A DNA stretch of 64,000 nucleotides from Mobula hypostoma (GCF_963921235.1 NC_086108.1:74278001-74342000); one strand, 5' to 3'. Counted from the first letter of the stretch, positions 24,671 through 38,242 are shown. Numbers and translations: made by a program. The notes: generated by a model from the letters alone, not told the origin.

Positions 24671-25346
24671 TATGTGTATAAATCATGAGGGCACTGATGA
24701 GGTGAATTGAATGGAGTTGATTTTATTATATAAGCACAACAACATGGAAGAAACACTGGTTGGGAACATAGAAAGAAAGGAGGGATTTTCGCCAAATGCA
24801 GCAAATGGGACTCATAAGGATGGGAATTCTGGTCGGCACGGATAAGTTAGGTCAAAAGGCCCATTTGTATGCTGTTTTGCTCTACGATTTGGTTTAAATG
24901 TTCACGAATCCTATTTGATAATGTAATTCATCTTGTTGTTATTATTGTGACAGAAGAATCATCTCAAGTATTTGGAAAACCACAAGGTTTACACTGACCT
25001 TAATTGATATCTAATTTCTGGATCTAAGAGGGTGCTGAAGGAATGATAATTTCCTTTGGATTTTCAGTGACTATCTTAGAATTGTACTCAAGTTTCTGAG
25101 GTGTGTGTGAATCTTAACCTTATTACCACTGGTACATGTGAAGTGCATTAGATAATGTTGTTTCAGTGAAGCTTGTTGCCTGCCCTTCAACATTGCATTG
25201 AACACAGCTGAGCATTTCTGGAATCATTCACAGTTAATGCAGAAGATTTTACATAAGAATAGAAATTACATGTTTTTATGTTTGAAATCATAAAAAATTA
25301 AAAAGATAAAACAATTTTTCAAAATTCTTTATCCATATGAATCCAG

Positions 25347-25534
25347 AAAATCCTCCAAGTGCCAAGCAGCCTGTTTCCAAGATGCTGGTCATCAAAAAAG
25401 TTTTGAAAGAGGAACCAATATTCTCAACAAGCTTTTCTTCCTCAGGAAATCATCTTTCAAGTGGCAACAAAAACACTGCAAGCCCAAGTGTTTACAAAAA
25501 TCTGATACCGAAGCCTACAGCTCCTCCCACAAAG
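25347..25534 (+). CDS. GPBP1L1: GPBP1L1 coding exon 5
   Basis: atccag|(E)NPPSAKQPVSKMLVIKKV...SVYKNLIPKPTAPPTK|gtaagg; 188 nt; inside ORF 25337-25543. Confidence 0.95.
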
Positions 25535-25844
25535 GTAAGGTAGTGTGTTTCTTTTTTATGTAAATTTTTAAAAGGCCTGCTAAGCTCTGAAATGAAGGTA
25601 ATTGTGAAGATGAACATTTAAAAAAAATTGGATAATGAACTAGTAATTTTCTATGAATTCTGAATTTGATTTTATTTCATCTTCACAGTTGATTAACTAA
25701 GTGTTCTGTGTTTCTTGTAAAATTGCATTTGGCATAATATTTTCAACTTATTAAACCCCATTCCAGAAGATGTTTTCACGTATTCTGGATGAAGGTAACT
25801 GTAATAATAATTCATGGAGTGTAATCTGCAATATTATAATTTAT

Positions 25845-26600
25845 AGAACCATAGAAACTACAGCACAGAAACAGGCCTTTTGGCCCTTCTTGGCTGTGCC
25901 GAACCATTTTCTGCCTAGTCCCACTGACCTGCACACAGACCATATCCCTCCATACACCTCCCAGCCATGTATCTGTCCAATTTATTCTTAAATGTTAAAA
26001 AAGAACCCGCATTTACCACCTCGTCTGGCAGCTCATTCCATACTCCCACCACTCTCTGTGTGAAGAAGCCCCCCCAATGTTCCCTTTAAACTTTTCCCCC
26101 CTCACCCTTAACCCATGTCCTCTGGTCTTTTTCTCCCCTTGCCTCAGTGGAAAAAGCCTGCTTGCATTCACTCTATCTATACCCATCATAATTTTATATA
26201 CCTCTATCAAATCTCCCCTCATTCTTCTACGCTCCAGGGAATAAAGTCCTAACCTATTCAACCTGTCTCTGTAACTGAGTTTCTCAAGTCCCGGCAACAT
26301 CCTTGTAAACCTTCTCTGCACTCTTTCAATCTTATTTATATCCTACCTGTAATTTGGTGACCAAAACTGAACACAATACTCGAGATTCGGCCTCACCAAT
26401 GCCTTATACAACCTCATCATAACATTCCAGCTCTTATACTCAATACTTAGATTAATAAAGGCCAATGTACCAAAAGCTCTCTTTACGACCTTATCTACCT
26501 GTGACGCCACTTTTAGGGAATTTTGTATCTGTATTCCCAGATCCCTCTGTTCCACTGCACTCCTCAGTGCCTTACCATTAACCCTGTATGTTCTACTTGG
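25845..26600 (-). mobile_element. Young CR1 LINE 3' fragment
   Basis: ORFs 26343-26555 and 26013-26321 (LYKALVRPNLEYCVQFWSP, QRRFTRMLPGL); (atagaa..)n tail at 25843-25858. Confidence 0.92.
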
Positions 26601-26929
26601 AGTAAATGTTTGACAGGACTGTAAATATAAGTACCGTTTCAGTAACCGCCGAGAATGAGTATCAGGTGACGAAGGTTAAATAGTTTCATTTAATTTTCAT
26701 TCAGGATACAGGAGAGGTTCTAGCTTTTTACTTTGTAATGCAGTCATATATACTGACTGTACCTCTTTATATACAAGTAGATTTTCTGCTGGGTCAAGTT
26801 TAGTCTTTAATATCCACTTGTTTTAACCCCTTCTAGCATGTATAGATCTGATAGATAGTTTTTCAGTAATGTTGTGCAACTATTTTCTAAGTATCATAAG
26901 GTGTTCTGTAAGCCTTGCCCTCTAACCAT

Positions 26930-27232
26930 AATGTGGCATTAGGACAAGTACTGTTGGGATGGGAAACAACTTCTTCCCCCAGGCTGTGCAACTACTGAAT
27001 TCCCTACCACCACCAGCTTTCACCACGTTTATAGCGCCAGTAGCATTATACTGTTCACTTTTTAACTTGTGTTGTAAATGCACCTTTTTATTCGTTAATT
27101 TACTTGTAGTACTATTACTTCCCGTGTTGTTTGTGAGTTATATGTACTGTGTTGTGCACCCTGGCCTGAAGGAGCATTGTTTGTTTGGCTGAAATCATGT
27201 TGAAATGACAATAAATTTGATCTTGAACTTGA
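26930..27232 (+). mobile_element. Rex/Babar-type LINE 3' end
   Basis: RMGNNFFPQAVQLLNS; acaataaa followed by a (cttgaa)n tail. Confidence 0.7.
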
Positions 27233-28734
27233 ATCCTTGTACTCCACACTGTGTCACCATTGTTCCTTGTACTTTATACAAGAATATAATATCTGGCATC
27301 ATTCATAAATGAAAGGTTTGCATGCTTCTTATGGCACTATTGCAGGATTAGTGGTAATACAAGATTCATTATCTAAAATCAAACAACAGTTCTATGTAGA
27401 TGCTTTACCAATGATTTCTGGCTTGAAATGACTATCCCAAGATTGTGGACCAGGAGGGAGAGTACCCCATTCAGCCTCTTGAGTCACCACTACCATTCAA
27501 CAAGCTCTTAGCTGAAGAACTTCCTCAAAATATTCGCCAGCCATTTGTAACCTTCTATTCCTTCAGTGTCCAGAAATCTACTGATCTGATATGAATATTT
27601 TCAATGCCTGAGTCCTTACAATATTTCAAAGTAGTGAAGATCGTTGCCTTTTATATGAAGAAACTTAAAATTGTCTTGACTGTGAATGTTCTACCCTTTA
27701 GCTCTAGACTCATCAAACAGACCTATTCTCTTGTATCCACCATTCAAACCCTCCAGATCATTCAAACTACATTCATCTAGCTTGAGAATAGAGAAGGCTT
27801 TGTGTAGTAATTGAGTCTATCTTCTTGAAAGATGAAAAAATTAAATGCATTATATTTGAAGAGTTGGATATTGGGAGTTTGCTTCTGCTGGCTGATAAGC
27901 CCATGACCCGTGTTGCACAACTGACAACCTTATTAATATTTTCTTCTGCCTTATGTTATTAACTATGCAAGACTCTGGTTTAAGTCTGTTTATTGCTCAT
28001 TGAATCATTCAATTTAAAGGATTTCACTGCTAATGACTCTGAAGTAACATTGTTAAAGGTTATTGGCAATTCACCTAATTTTTACATAGATGGAAAAGCA
28101 CTGGAAACTGCAAAGTCACCCAGATCAAGAATGTACCAGTGCAGGAGAAAATCATGAAAAATAAGAATGAAAAATCAGCTGTGAACTTTGACGTCTCAAA
28201 AGATGGTTGAAAAAATACTGCTTTAAAGGATGAAGTTAGTTTATTTGTACAAGTATAATTGTGTTTCCAAAGGAATTTGACCTGAAGAGTACAGCGCTAA
28301 ATATTTTAATTTTAATGAAATTGCAAATGAAAAATGGATGAAGCTTAATTGATTGTTGCTGATCAGCAAAATGCATAGCAATTTATAAAACCTGTTATGA
28401 AAGTAAACTGCATTATTTGCCATGACATTTGAACTTCCAATTGATGGAGATTTTGTGATAAGTGTGGTAACTGAATATGAAAAGTTATGTCCTGCTGAAG
28501 GTCAATTAAGAAAAAGCTTATGGAATTTTTCTATAATGCACCTTCTAATGGTAGTGTTTTTAAGTGGGCTGTTAAATGTCGGCAGAATAAAAAAAAGGCA
28601 CATGTCAGAGGCAAAATTCAGTATTGCCAGCATGCTATCACAACCTGCTTTGTGAGGAAATGTTTGAAGTACAGTACCTTTTGGTTTTTAAAACTACCTT
28701 GATGAAATGTAAGTTCCTTATCAACTTACTGCAG

Positions 28735-30985
28735 AAAAGGAGGAAGACATGAAGGGATTGTCTACTATGGGTGGAAGTTAGGAAGAGGAAGGGGTCAGTA
28801 ACTCTACTGGGTGTTTTTTTATAAGCATCCCAATAGTAATAGGGACATCGAGGAGAAGATAGGGAGACAGATTCTCGAAAGATATGATAATAACAGGGTT
28901 GTCGTGGTGGGAGATTTTAATTTCCCAAATATAAATTGGCATGTTCCTAGAGTGAGGGGTTTAGATGGGGTGGAGTTTGTTAGGTGTGGTCAAAAATGTT
29001 TCTTGACACAATAGGTAGGTAAGCCTACAAGAGGAGAGGCTGTAGTTGATCTGGTATTGGGAAATGAACCTAGTCAGGTGTTAGATCTTTCAGTGGGAGA
29101 GCATTTTGGAGATAGTGATCACAATTCTGTCTCCTTTACCATAGCATCGGAGAGGGATAGGAACAGACAAGTTGTGAAAGCGTTTAATTGGAGTAAGGGG
29201 AAATATGAGGCTATCAGGCAGGAACTTGGAAGCATAAATTGGGAACAGATGTTCTCAGGGAAATGTACGGAAGAAATGTGGCAAATGTTGAAGGGATATT
29301 TGCGTGCAATTCTGCACAGGTACGTTTCAGTGAGACGGAAAGGATGGTAGGGTACAGGAACTGTGGTGTACAAAGGCTGTTGTAAATCTAGTCAAGAAGG
29401 AAAGAGCTTATGAAAGGTTCAAAAAACTAGGTAATGATAGAGATCTAGAAGATTATAAGGCTAGCAGGAAGGAGCTTAAGAAAGAAATTAGGAGAGCCAG
29501 AAAGGGCCATGAGAAGGCCTTGGTGGACAGGATTAAGGAAAACCCCAAGGCATTCTACAAGTATGTGAAGGGCAAGAGGATAAGACGTAAGAGAATAGGA
29601 CCAATCAAGTGTGACAGTGGAAAAGCGTGTATGGAACTGGAGGAGGTAGCAGAGGTACTTAATGCGTACTTTGCTCAGTATTCGCTATGGAAAAGGATCT
29701 TGGGGATGCAGGGATGACTTACAGCGGACTGAAAAGCTTGAGCATGTAGATATTAAGAAAGATGATTGCAGGAGCTTTTGGAAAGTATCAATTGGGATAA
29801 GTCACCGGGACTGGACTAGATGTACCCCAGGCTACTGTGGGAGACGAGGAAGGAGGTTGCTAAGCCTCTGGCGATGATCTTTGCATCATCAATGGAGATG
29901 GGAGAGGTTCCGGAAGATTGGAGGGTTGTGGATGTTGTTCCATTATTCAAGAAAGGTAGTAGAGATGATCCAGGAAATTATACACCAGTGAGTCTTATTT
30001 CAGTGGTTGGTAAGTTGATGGAAAAGATCCTGAAAGGCAGGATTTATCAACATTTGGAGAGGCATAATATGATTAGGAATAGTCAGCATGGCTTTGTGAA
30101 AGGCAGGTCATGACTTATGAGCCTGATTGAATTTTTTGAGGATGTGACTAAACACATTGATGAAGGTAGAGCAGTAGATGTAGTGTATATGGATTTCAGC
30201 AAGTCATTTGACAAAGTACCCCATGCAAGGCTTACTGAGAAAGTAAGAAGGCATGGGATGCAAGGGGACACACATCAAAGTTGCTGGTGAACACAGCAGG
30301 CCAGGCAGCATCTCTAGGAAGAGGTACAGTTGACGTTTCAGGCCGAGACCCTTTGTCTGTCCTGACAAAGCTGCTGCACAGGTTGACTCTGTGGTTAAGA
30401 AAGCATACAGTGCTTTGGCCTTCATCAATCGTGGGATTGAGTTTAGGAGCCGAGAGGTAATGTTGCAGCTATATAGGACTCTGGTCAGACCCCACTTGGA
30501 GTACTGTGTTCAGTTCTGGTCGCCTCTCTACAGAAAGAATGTGGAAACCATAGAAAGGGTGGAGAGGAGGTTTACAAGGATGTTCCCTGGATTGGGGAGC
30601 ATCCCTCATGAGAATAGTTTGAGTGAACTCGGTCTTTTTTCCTTGGAGCGACAGAGGATGAGAGGTGACCTGATAGAGGTGTCTGAGATGATGAGAGGCA
30701 TTGATCGTGTGAATAGTCGGAGGCTTTTTCCCAGGGCTGAAATGGCTAGCACGAGAGGGCACACTTTTAAGGTGCATGGGCGTAGGTATAGAGGAGATGT
30801 CAAGGGTAAGTTTTTTACGCAGAGAGTGATGAGTGTGTGGAATGGGCTACCGTGGTGGAGGCGGATACAATAGGGTCTTGTAAGAGACTCCTGGACAGGT
30901 ACATGGAGCTCAGAAAAAAATTGTCGGCACAGCTTTGTGGGCCAAAGGGCCTGTATTGTGCTGTAGGTTTTCTATGTTTCTATGT
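28735..30985 (+). mobile_element. CR1 LINE ORF2 (endonuclease to 3' end) with a PLE piece at 30268-30368
   Basis: VVVVGDFNFPNINW, GDSDHNS, KENPKAFYKYV, NSQHGFVKGRS, LVRPHLEYCVQFWSP; (tttctatg)n tail at about 30968-30985. Confidence 0.92.
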
Positions 30986-33900
30986 TACTGGATCCATGGC
31001 CCTTGTCTACTCAAGATTGCGGACCATGCTGGATGGTCTTGATCACCTCAAACTCTTTCCATGTGGAGTATGAGGAGGCTAATTAAAAAATATGAGGAAG
31101 GCATAATCTCTTAAACAATCTATCTAGCAACCTAAACAAACACTTCTTGCTCGGGGAATTTACAACTGCTGCAGAATTTTCTTAACTGGAGAGGATGCAG
31201 GGTAAAAATAATACTTTAAAATGATGACCTGCCATTTCAGAAGAAGACACACTGAGCAGTCGAGAGGAGTAGCTCATCTACTGTCATTCTATTGTGTGTC
31301 AGTGAAATCTGTGGAGTAAAGATCTTTATATCACAATTCTGGCAATTAATATGTAAGACCTTGTGGATTTGATTGCAGCCAATTTTAAATGTTTTTGGAG
31401 GAAGTTAGTGCAGCAATGATGTGGTTGGTCATGTGAAGGGGAGGTGACTTAGCAGGGAACAAGTCTTAAAGATTTTTGGCATTGCCACTGGTGTTTTAAA
31501 GCTTATTCTAAAAGTGAAGTAATTGATTAACAGGCTTGGTGATTTTGGTGTTTCCAATGACCAGACTGGTGGGCTTCAGGGAAATAAACCATTTGTTTCA
31601 AACCTTGCATGACAAATTACATCTTTCAAGTTGCAACTGAAGCTCATGTGATTTCCCTCACTTTCCTTGTGTCAATAAATGTTTTCTGGGTTCTGAGGTC
31701 ATTGACCTTTGAACAGAGAGTATAGATGTATACTCTGGCCTAACCTCTAACTCCCCCACATCCTAGTCCCTAAATTCTAACCTGACCCTTAGCTCCCCTC
31801 TGTCCCTAAAACCATCCTTCTGAACCTAAAAAACAATTTTTAAAAAACACTTCTGAGCCACAACTCAATGGAGTTTACAGCTTGGCACCATCTTGATGAA
31901 TGTTCATATTCGTCCATTCTTGATGTGCATTTAGCCATCATCTCATCTGGTTATCAGCAAATGGAGATAGCGGGAAATCTGGACAGTAGCTGAGCACAGC
32001 ACCATGACCAATATTTCATTCTGTGATTGTGTAACATTTATTATTATTGGTGACATCTTTTCAAATCCCATAACATCTTGGTCTCTGTGTGTTTTACTCT
32101 ACAACAATGCCTGATTTATCTTGAAATCTAAAGATGTAAACCTACATCAGATAAAAATCTAATGCCTATATAATATGTACTTCATCTGTTATACTTGTTC
32201 TATTAAATAATCTTGAGTTAATAGATATCCCAGTATGTGCTGTACTTGTTGGATTTTCACTTGGTTTGTTTACTGTAGCCTTTGGCATTACCTATTTTAA
32301 CTTTTGCAAATTGGTTTAGTTGCTGTTGTAATACTATTCAGTAATGTTTATTCTTGGTTGTACTGTATAATCAAAGAATGTATTTCAAGACAAAACATTC
32401 TCTTCCTATTGTTTTCTGATTTTCTGATTTCTACACCATTTAGGTTGATAATCCTCTTGGACATTATCCCTGAAATAGATGTTAGAAAATTTCCAAAATT
32501 ATTTTGTTTCACTTGGTACAATTTCCAAACTGAAATGTATGACCTAATCTCCCTCCAAGGTAGTCTGGCAAGTCCCACAATTCTATCAAGTATAAAATTA
32601 ATATTAAAGAAGCAAGCTCATCAGCACCACCTTGTGGTAACTTGAATTGGCAGTTTAACAGCAATGTCCACAGCTGAAAATTTAAATTAAAAAGAAAACA
32701 ACAAAACTTTTGGCTATTGAATATAAATTTTTATTGAAAAATAAACTTTTTAAAGGTATTCAACTCTATCCTTTGGGGGAAAAATATGCTGGACAAGGAA
32801 AATACAGTATTTAAGGCATCCTGAGAATCAAGATCATACCAGATTACAAAAGGTATTAGAAATTTGGACAAAACAACGAGAGTTAAGTAAATTTTCTGCA
32901 ACTGAGAATGATAGGTAATGATGTCAGAATCAGGTTTATTTTCTCTGGCATATGTCATGGAATTTATTGTTTTGTGGCAAGAGTTTATAGCGCAATACAC
33001 AAATTACTATAGGTTACAATAAGAAATATAAAAATAGTGCAGTAGATAGATGATGTTAATCTGGTGTCAGAAATTGAAAAGTTGTAAATGATACCTGGAG
33101 GGCGGTGTGATTTAATAATGCTACAACTTGCATCAAAATGCAGGAAAACTGGAACAGATCTGCAGACGAGAGAAACACAATTTGAAACCCCACATGCATA
33201 AACTAGGAAATATCATTATATCAGTGAGTTAAATCTTGTAAGCAAATTCTTGTCTACAGGATTAGATCAATATTTTAACATTGACTCGGTCACATTTGAA
33301 GTTCTTGTGTCAGCTCTTTAAGCAATAAAAGAATTTTGAACTGATCATCAAAATAAAACTAGGCAGAAATAGTTCAAAATTGTGAAGATGTAGCTGTCAG
33401 GCAAGATTAGCTTGTCTAGGCCTTGATTCTGAAGGAAGATCTGTAACCAGGTTTGATTGACTAGAAACTGTTGCATGAAAGAGGACTAAGAGAGCAAAGA
33501 CATATGTATTAACCAATCAGGTAATTGAAGAAATATTTCTCTACATTAGAAAGTGCTGTTTGCAGACACGTAGCTGAAATGACTAATCAAGAAAGGGAAT
33601 GGAGGACACAAAATTAAAATGGGAGCTCATGGATTATTTGGTCCAATTGTCTGATTTTGTGCTATTTTTGAATGTATTATTTTTATTGAATGCACTTGTG
33701 AAAATGTATATTTGTTACATCCTGCAATTAGATTTCCACATTTTCTTCCTGTTCTCCAGATATTAATTTATTCAAAATTGATTATTCCTTAATGTTTACA
33801 ACAGGAATTCTGCAGATGCTGGAAATTCAAGCAACTTTGATGTATATTCCTTAATGTTTACTCATTCCATTTGAATTCTAGATTTGAGAGTTTCTGTACT

Positions 33901-34115
33901 GTGTTCTGTAGATGAACATTCAACAATCTGGATTGATACTCACTGCAACTGGTTTAACTTCTGAATTCAATTAAATTTACAGATTCAGATTTTTTCCAGT
34001 TCTGCACTCCTATCCTCCTTTATTAAAACTTGTACTCTCATTTATTTCAGTACTCTGAGGCGGGTTGTCATGCCTAGTTTAGTGTTGTCAGTATATTCTT
34101 CATTCTCATAAAGGC

Positions 34116-34473
34116 GCAGAGATGTGGTTTTTGAGGAGGATGCAAAGATGAAATGACTATTCAATGAGGATGTCGTGAACAGAGCAAGCACGAAAAGAGA
34201 AATAATGTATGAGGTCATGAAAAGGCAACGTAACTTCATTGAACATGTGATTAGGAAAGAGGAGTTAGAATGCACAGTAATTATGGGAAAGGTTGAAGGG
34301 AAGAAAGCAAAATGAAGGCAAAGACAAATGGTGATGGAGACAGCAGCCAGGGAACTGGAAGTGAATACCAATGAATTGATCTGCTTGACCCGAAACAGGA
34401 GTGTGTGGACCATGGCAGTCAAAGCTCAAACTGGGCATTGGGCATGGCACCTGATGATGATGATGATGATGAC
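34116..34473 (+). mobile_element. RTE-clade LINE 3' end
   Basis: AEMWFLRRMQR...NEDV...KRQRNFIEHVIRKEELECTVIMGKVEGKK; (GAT)n tail 34453-34472. Confidence 0.8.
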
Positions 34474-35692
34474 TCTCATTTATACTGTAATTTGTAAACA
34501 GAGTATGTCAATCATGCATTTTTCAGCCATCATTTTCCAGAACAAATTCAACAATCTATGGTGCTTTCAAATAATTTATTCACTTCTCATTGGTCTTATT
34601 GCTTAATTTTTAGCTCCTTCCTATATTCTCATCCTGTTGAATAAATTATTTTGTATTGAAGGTGATAAAGTTTTACAAAGCGTCAAATTGATGTTGTATT
34701 CTGTAAGCTTTTGATTGTTTTTAAATACACCACTACTCGTGTTCTCTCATTTAAATGTAGGTGTGGCATTTAATATCAGAAAGACAATGTACGTAAGCTA
34801 TGGAAATGGATAATTAATTACCTTGCATAGTTTTCCCTCAACTGTGTTTTACATAGGCATATTTATTTTGAAACAAAAAAACTTGTTGAAATTCCGGTGA
34901 AAAAAATGAATAAATACTTGTTAAATCATGAATAGTGACTTTTACAATGTATTTCTTTGTGAAGTTGCAAAAGGTACACAAATTGTCCAGTATTTCCTTC
35001 ACCAACCCCAGCTTATGTTTTTCTTCCCATTGGGCAAAAGCAGGTACTAGAAGAAACTGTAGACAAATTAATGTAAATATTGATCAGCATTTTTTCATCT
35101 TGTATTCCTAATTAAATCCCTGCAGGTGCAGCCTGAGTTTTAAACACCGAAATTTATAAGCAGTGGAGTGGATGGGGATGGGTTTGCACTGAGAACACTG
35201 CATTTCCACATGCTTTCTCTCCCATCTCCCAAACTCCCCCCCTCCCCCCCCCGCGCAATTTAATTAAACGGTGGCTGAGTCAGTGAGGCTGGCTGGCTGC
35301 TACTCACTCTCCTGTTCAGCTGTTTTTGCGATCGTCTCCCACGTATTGTGAGAAATTCAAGTTACCATCTGTTCTTCAGAATAAAATCCTTTGCAACGTG
35401 GAGATGGCCTGTACAAAACATTGATTATGTTATGAGAATCTCTTTCAGATACTTTTTGTAGTATGTTTGAATAATTTGCTGTAATTCATGTATATTTATG
35501 TGAAGGTAAAGATGAAAATGTATTAAAGGTCCAAAGGTTTCCTACCATATATTTGCCATGTCCAGCAATTTGGTGGTCATTCTTTAAGACTTACTGATTT
35601 TCATGGAATCCTTCAAGTCTTCAAAGTTTATGTAATCTTGTGCTCAGAAAATTAATAGAATTACTTTTTTCCCCATGTGTTTTCAAATATAG

Positions 35693-35836
35693 CAAGGTCC
35701 ATGGAAATCTACTGGAAGGGAGAACAAACCTGGCTTGCATTTCTCTGGCCAAGATTCAGCATTCACAAGCCCTATTGCAATGATCAAACCTCCAGCACAG
35801 TTTAGTAGCAGTTCTTGTCACATCTCTCCGAAAGAG
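35693..35836 (+). CDS. GPBP1L1: GPBP1L1 coding exon 6
   Basis: aaatatag|QGPWKSTGRENKPGLHFSGQDSAFTSPIAMIKPPAQFSSSSCHISPKE|gtatga; 144 nt; SAFTSPI and SPKE match the orthologue. Confidence 0.9.
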
Positions 35837-35983
35837 GTATGATAATAATGAAAGTTTTCTTAACACTGCACAATATTGTTATTTATTTTCTTTATCTCAA
35901 AATGGCAATGTGTTTTGAAGATTGCCTTGGAAATTCTAATCTAGCTAGAATTCTGAAATTACCCAATTATGGAAAGCTGGTCG

Positions 35984-36480
35984 ACAAGAAAATGTGCATA
36001 AGCTGGAAATCCAAGCAACACACACGAAGTGCTGGAGGAGCTCAGCAACCCAGGCAGCATCTGTTGAAAGGAGTAAATAGTAGATGTTTTGGGCTAAGAG
36101 CCTTCATCAGGACTGGAAAAAACATGAGTTCGAATCAAGAAGGTGGGGGGACGGGAGGTAGAAATGCAAAGTGGTAGGTGATAGGTGAAACCGGGAGGGG
36201 GAAGGGGTGAAGTAAAGAGCTGTTGGGTGAAAGAGATAGAGGGCTGGAGAAGGAGGAATCTGATAGAGGATTGAAGGCCATGGAAGAAAGGGAAGAATCA
36301 GAGGGACGTGATGGGCAGGTAAGAACATGAGGTGAGAGAGGGGAATGGAAATGATGAAAGTGGGGCGGAGGGGTGCAATTACTAGAAATTCGAGAAATTG
36401 ATGTGCATGCCATCAGGTTGGTGGCTACCCAGGTGGAATGCAAGGTATTGCTTCTCTGACATGAGTGTGGCCTCAGCGGG
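35984..36480 (-). mobile_element. PLE 3' fragment
   Basis: Same terminus family, GA-rich tract, LGSH.PDGMHINFSNF on the minus strand; decayed hammerhead at 36080-36115. Confidence 0.8.
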
Positions 36481-37042
36481 GCAATAGAGCCACCGTGGAA
36501 ATCTAATCACGAGCGTATTCTGAATTTTTATTATTGTGCGCCTTTTACTCCAAAGAGTAATTTGTCTGTATGTGAAATGATGGGAGTTTGCACTGCTATT
36601 GCTTTAAGTGCAAAGTATGGAAGGGAAGTGTTATTTTATCCATGTTTTAAGATTGCTTTTATGTCAACAGCTTCATACTTGGTAATGTAACAAAGTAAGA
36701 GTGGAGTCATTCACTCATTTGCGTTATGGCTAACCTGGGCCTTTGTTTCATTTAAGTTCCATATCCCTTGATATCTAAACCTACCAAAAATATAACACAT
36801 TTTGAGAATTTTAATTGACGCTACATCATAGAAAGTTCCAGGTTTTAGCTGAGTAAGTGCATCATGATTTCACTTCTAAATGAGGGAACATACATTTTAA
36901 GATTTGTCCTCTTGTTTTTAAGTTCTCTTCCAGAGGGTTTTTACCAAAGGAAACAGGTTATCTGTATCTACTGTTAGATTTCATTTCATTTTAAAGATCT
37001 CGCATTTGTCATGCTTCTACCTCCTGCATTGATTTTCTATGT

Positions 37043-37806
37043 CAGCGGTCCCCAACCATCGGGCTGCAAAGCATGTGCTACCGGGCCGCGAGGAAACAAT
37101 ATGAGTCAGCTGCACCTTTCCTCATTCCCTGTCACGCACTGTTGAACTTGAACATAGGGTTGCTAACTGTCCAGTATTTGCCAGGACATCCCGTATATTG
37201 GTCTAAATAGGTTTGTCCCATATGGGACCGCCCTTGTCCCGTATTTCCCCGCTAAGGTAGAGCGTTCCTATGAAAGCTTTCGTGCCGAAATGGCGTAAAG
37301 CGAAGAAGCAATTACCATTAATTTATATGGAAAAAATTCTTGAGCGTTCCCGGACCCAAAAAATAACCTACCAAATCATACCAAATTAACACATAAAACC
37401 GAAAATAAATAACACTTTAACATATAGTAAAAGCAGGAATGATATGATAAATACACAGCCTATATAAAGTAGAAATAATGTATGTACAGTGTAGTCGGGA
37501 AGATGAAGGCAGAACCGATTGTGGAAAAAAAATTGGCATGTATGTGCATGCGCACATCACGCATGCGCACACAGGTGCCCACGCAAGGCTTCATGGTCAT
37601 GGTAGTCTTTCCTGGTGTAAAGTGTTCCGGGATTTGACTGCTACTTTTGTCCCTTATTTGGGAGTGAGAAGTTGGTAACCCTAACTGTAAAAGACATGTT
37701 GAGGTGAGTTTAACCCTACTTGAATACCACCCCCGGTCGGCCGGTCTGCAAGGATATTGTCAATATTAAACCAGTCCGCAGTGCAAAAAAAGGTTGGGGA
37801 CCCCTG
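37043..37806. mobile_element. hAT/Charlie-type MITE enclosing a second TIR element (37155-37683)
   Basis: Outer TIRs CAGCGGTCCCCAACC / GGTTGGGGACCCCTG; TSD TTCTATGT / TTCTAAGT; inner TIRs TAGGGTTGCTAACT / AGTTGGTAACCCTA. Confidence 0.85.
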
Positions 37807-38242
37807 TTCTAAGTGTCTTAAAGCTGACTTGAAAATTTAACGTAACCCTGTGGTGTATGTACTTGTCTGCTGGAGCATCATTCCTGTCTTAAATATTCAC
37901 TATGACATTTTGATGAAACTTTTGAACTTTTGGTTACAATGCTTGCAAAATTCTTCACGGGAACAAAATTAAATTTGGAGTTTATGAAATCAGATGAATG
38001 TACTTTGTACCTCTGTTAAAATAGCATTGCTAATCAAAACTTTTAATCCCCCATGCTGATGGTATAAATTTTGAAATGCATTTTTAAATGATTCAGGAAT
38101 TGACAGTTGTGTATGATGTATGCATCTTCAACTTTGAATGATAATTGTTTGAAAATACATACAGTATATTTTAGTGATCTTAACAGGAGTAAAATTAATG
38201 TCTTTTGTACTGAGTGTGGCCTTCACATTGTTTTATTTCCAG

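Larger units (their letters stand above)
22915..24890 (+). mobile_element. Decayed CR1 LINE interrupted twice by a non-coding retroposon
   Basis: QPWLTRKVK, NYRPVSLTSVV, LDFQKAFDKMPH motifs; CR1 3'UTR near 24800-24890. Confidence 0.8.

Noticed and set aside
28089..28210. Exon-like stretch reading WKSTG..., similar to GPBP1L1 exon 6
   Set aside because: The phase-0 reading ends in TAA, the donor is poor, and the sequence fits a decayed CR1 DWK.ANVTP segment; the GPBP1L1 frame is complete without it.
36538..36556. GCGCCTTTTACT resembling U5 snRNA loop I
   Set aside because: No flanking U5 stem or Sm site; chance match.
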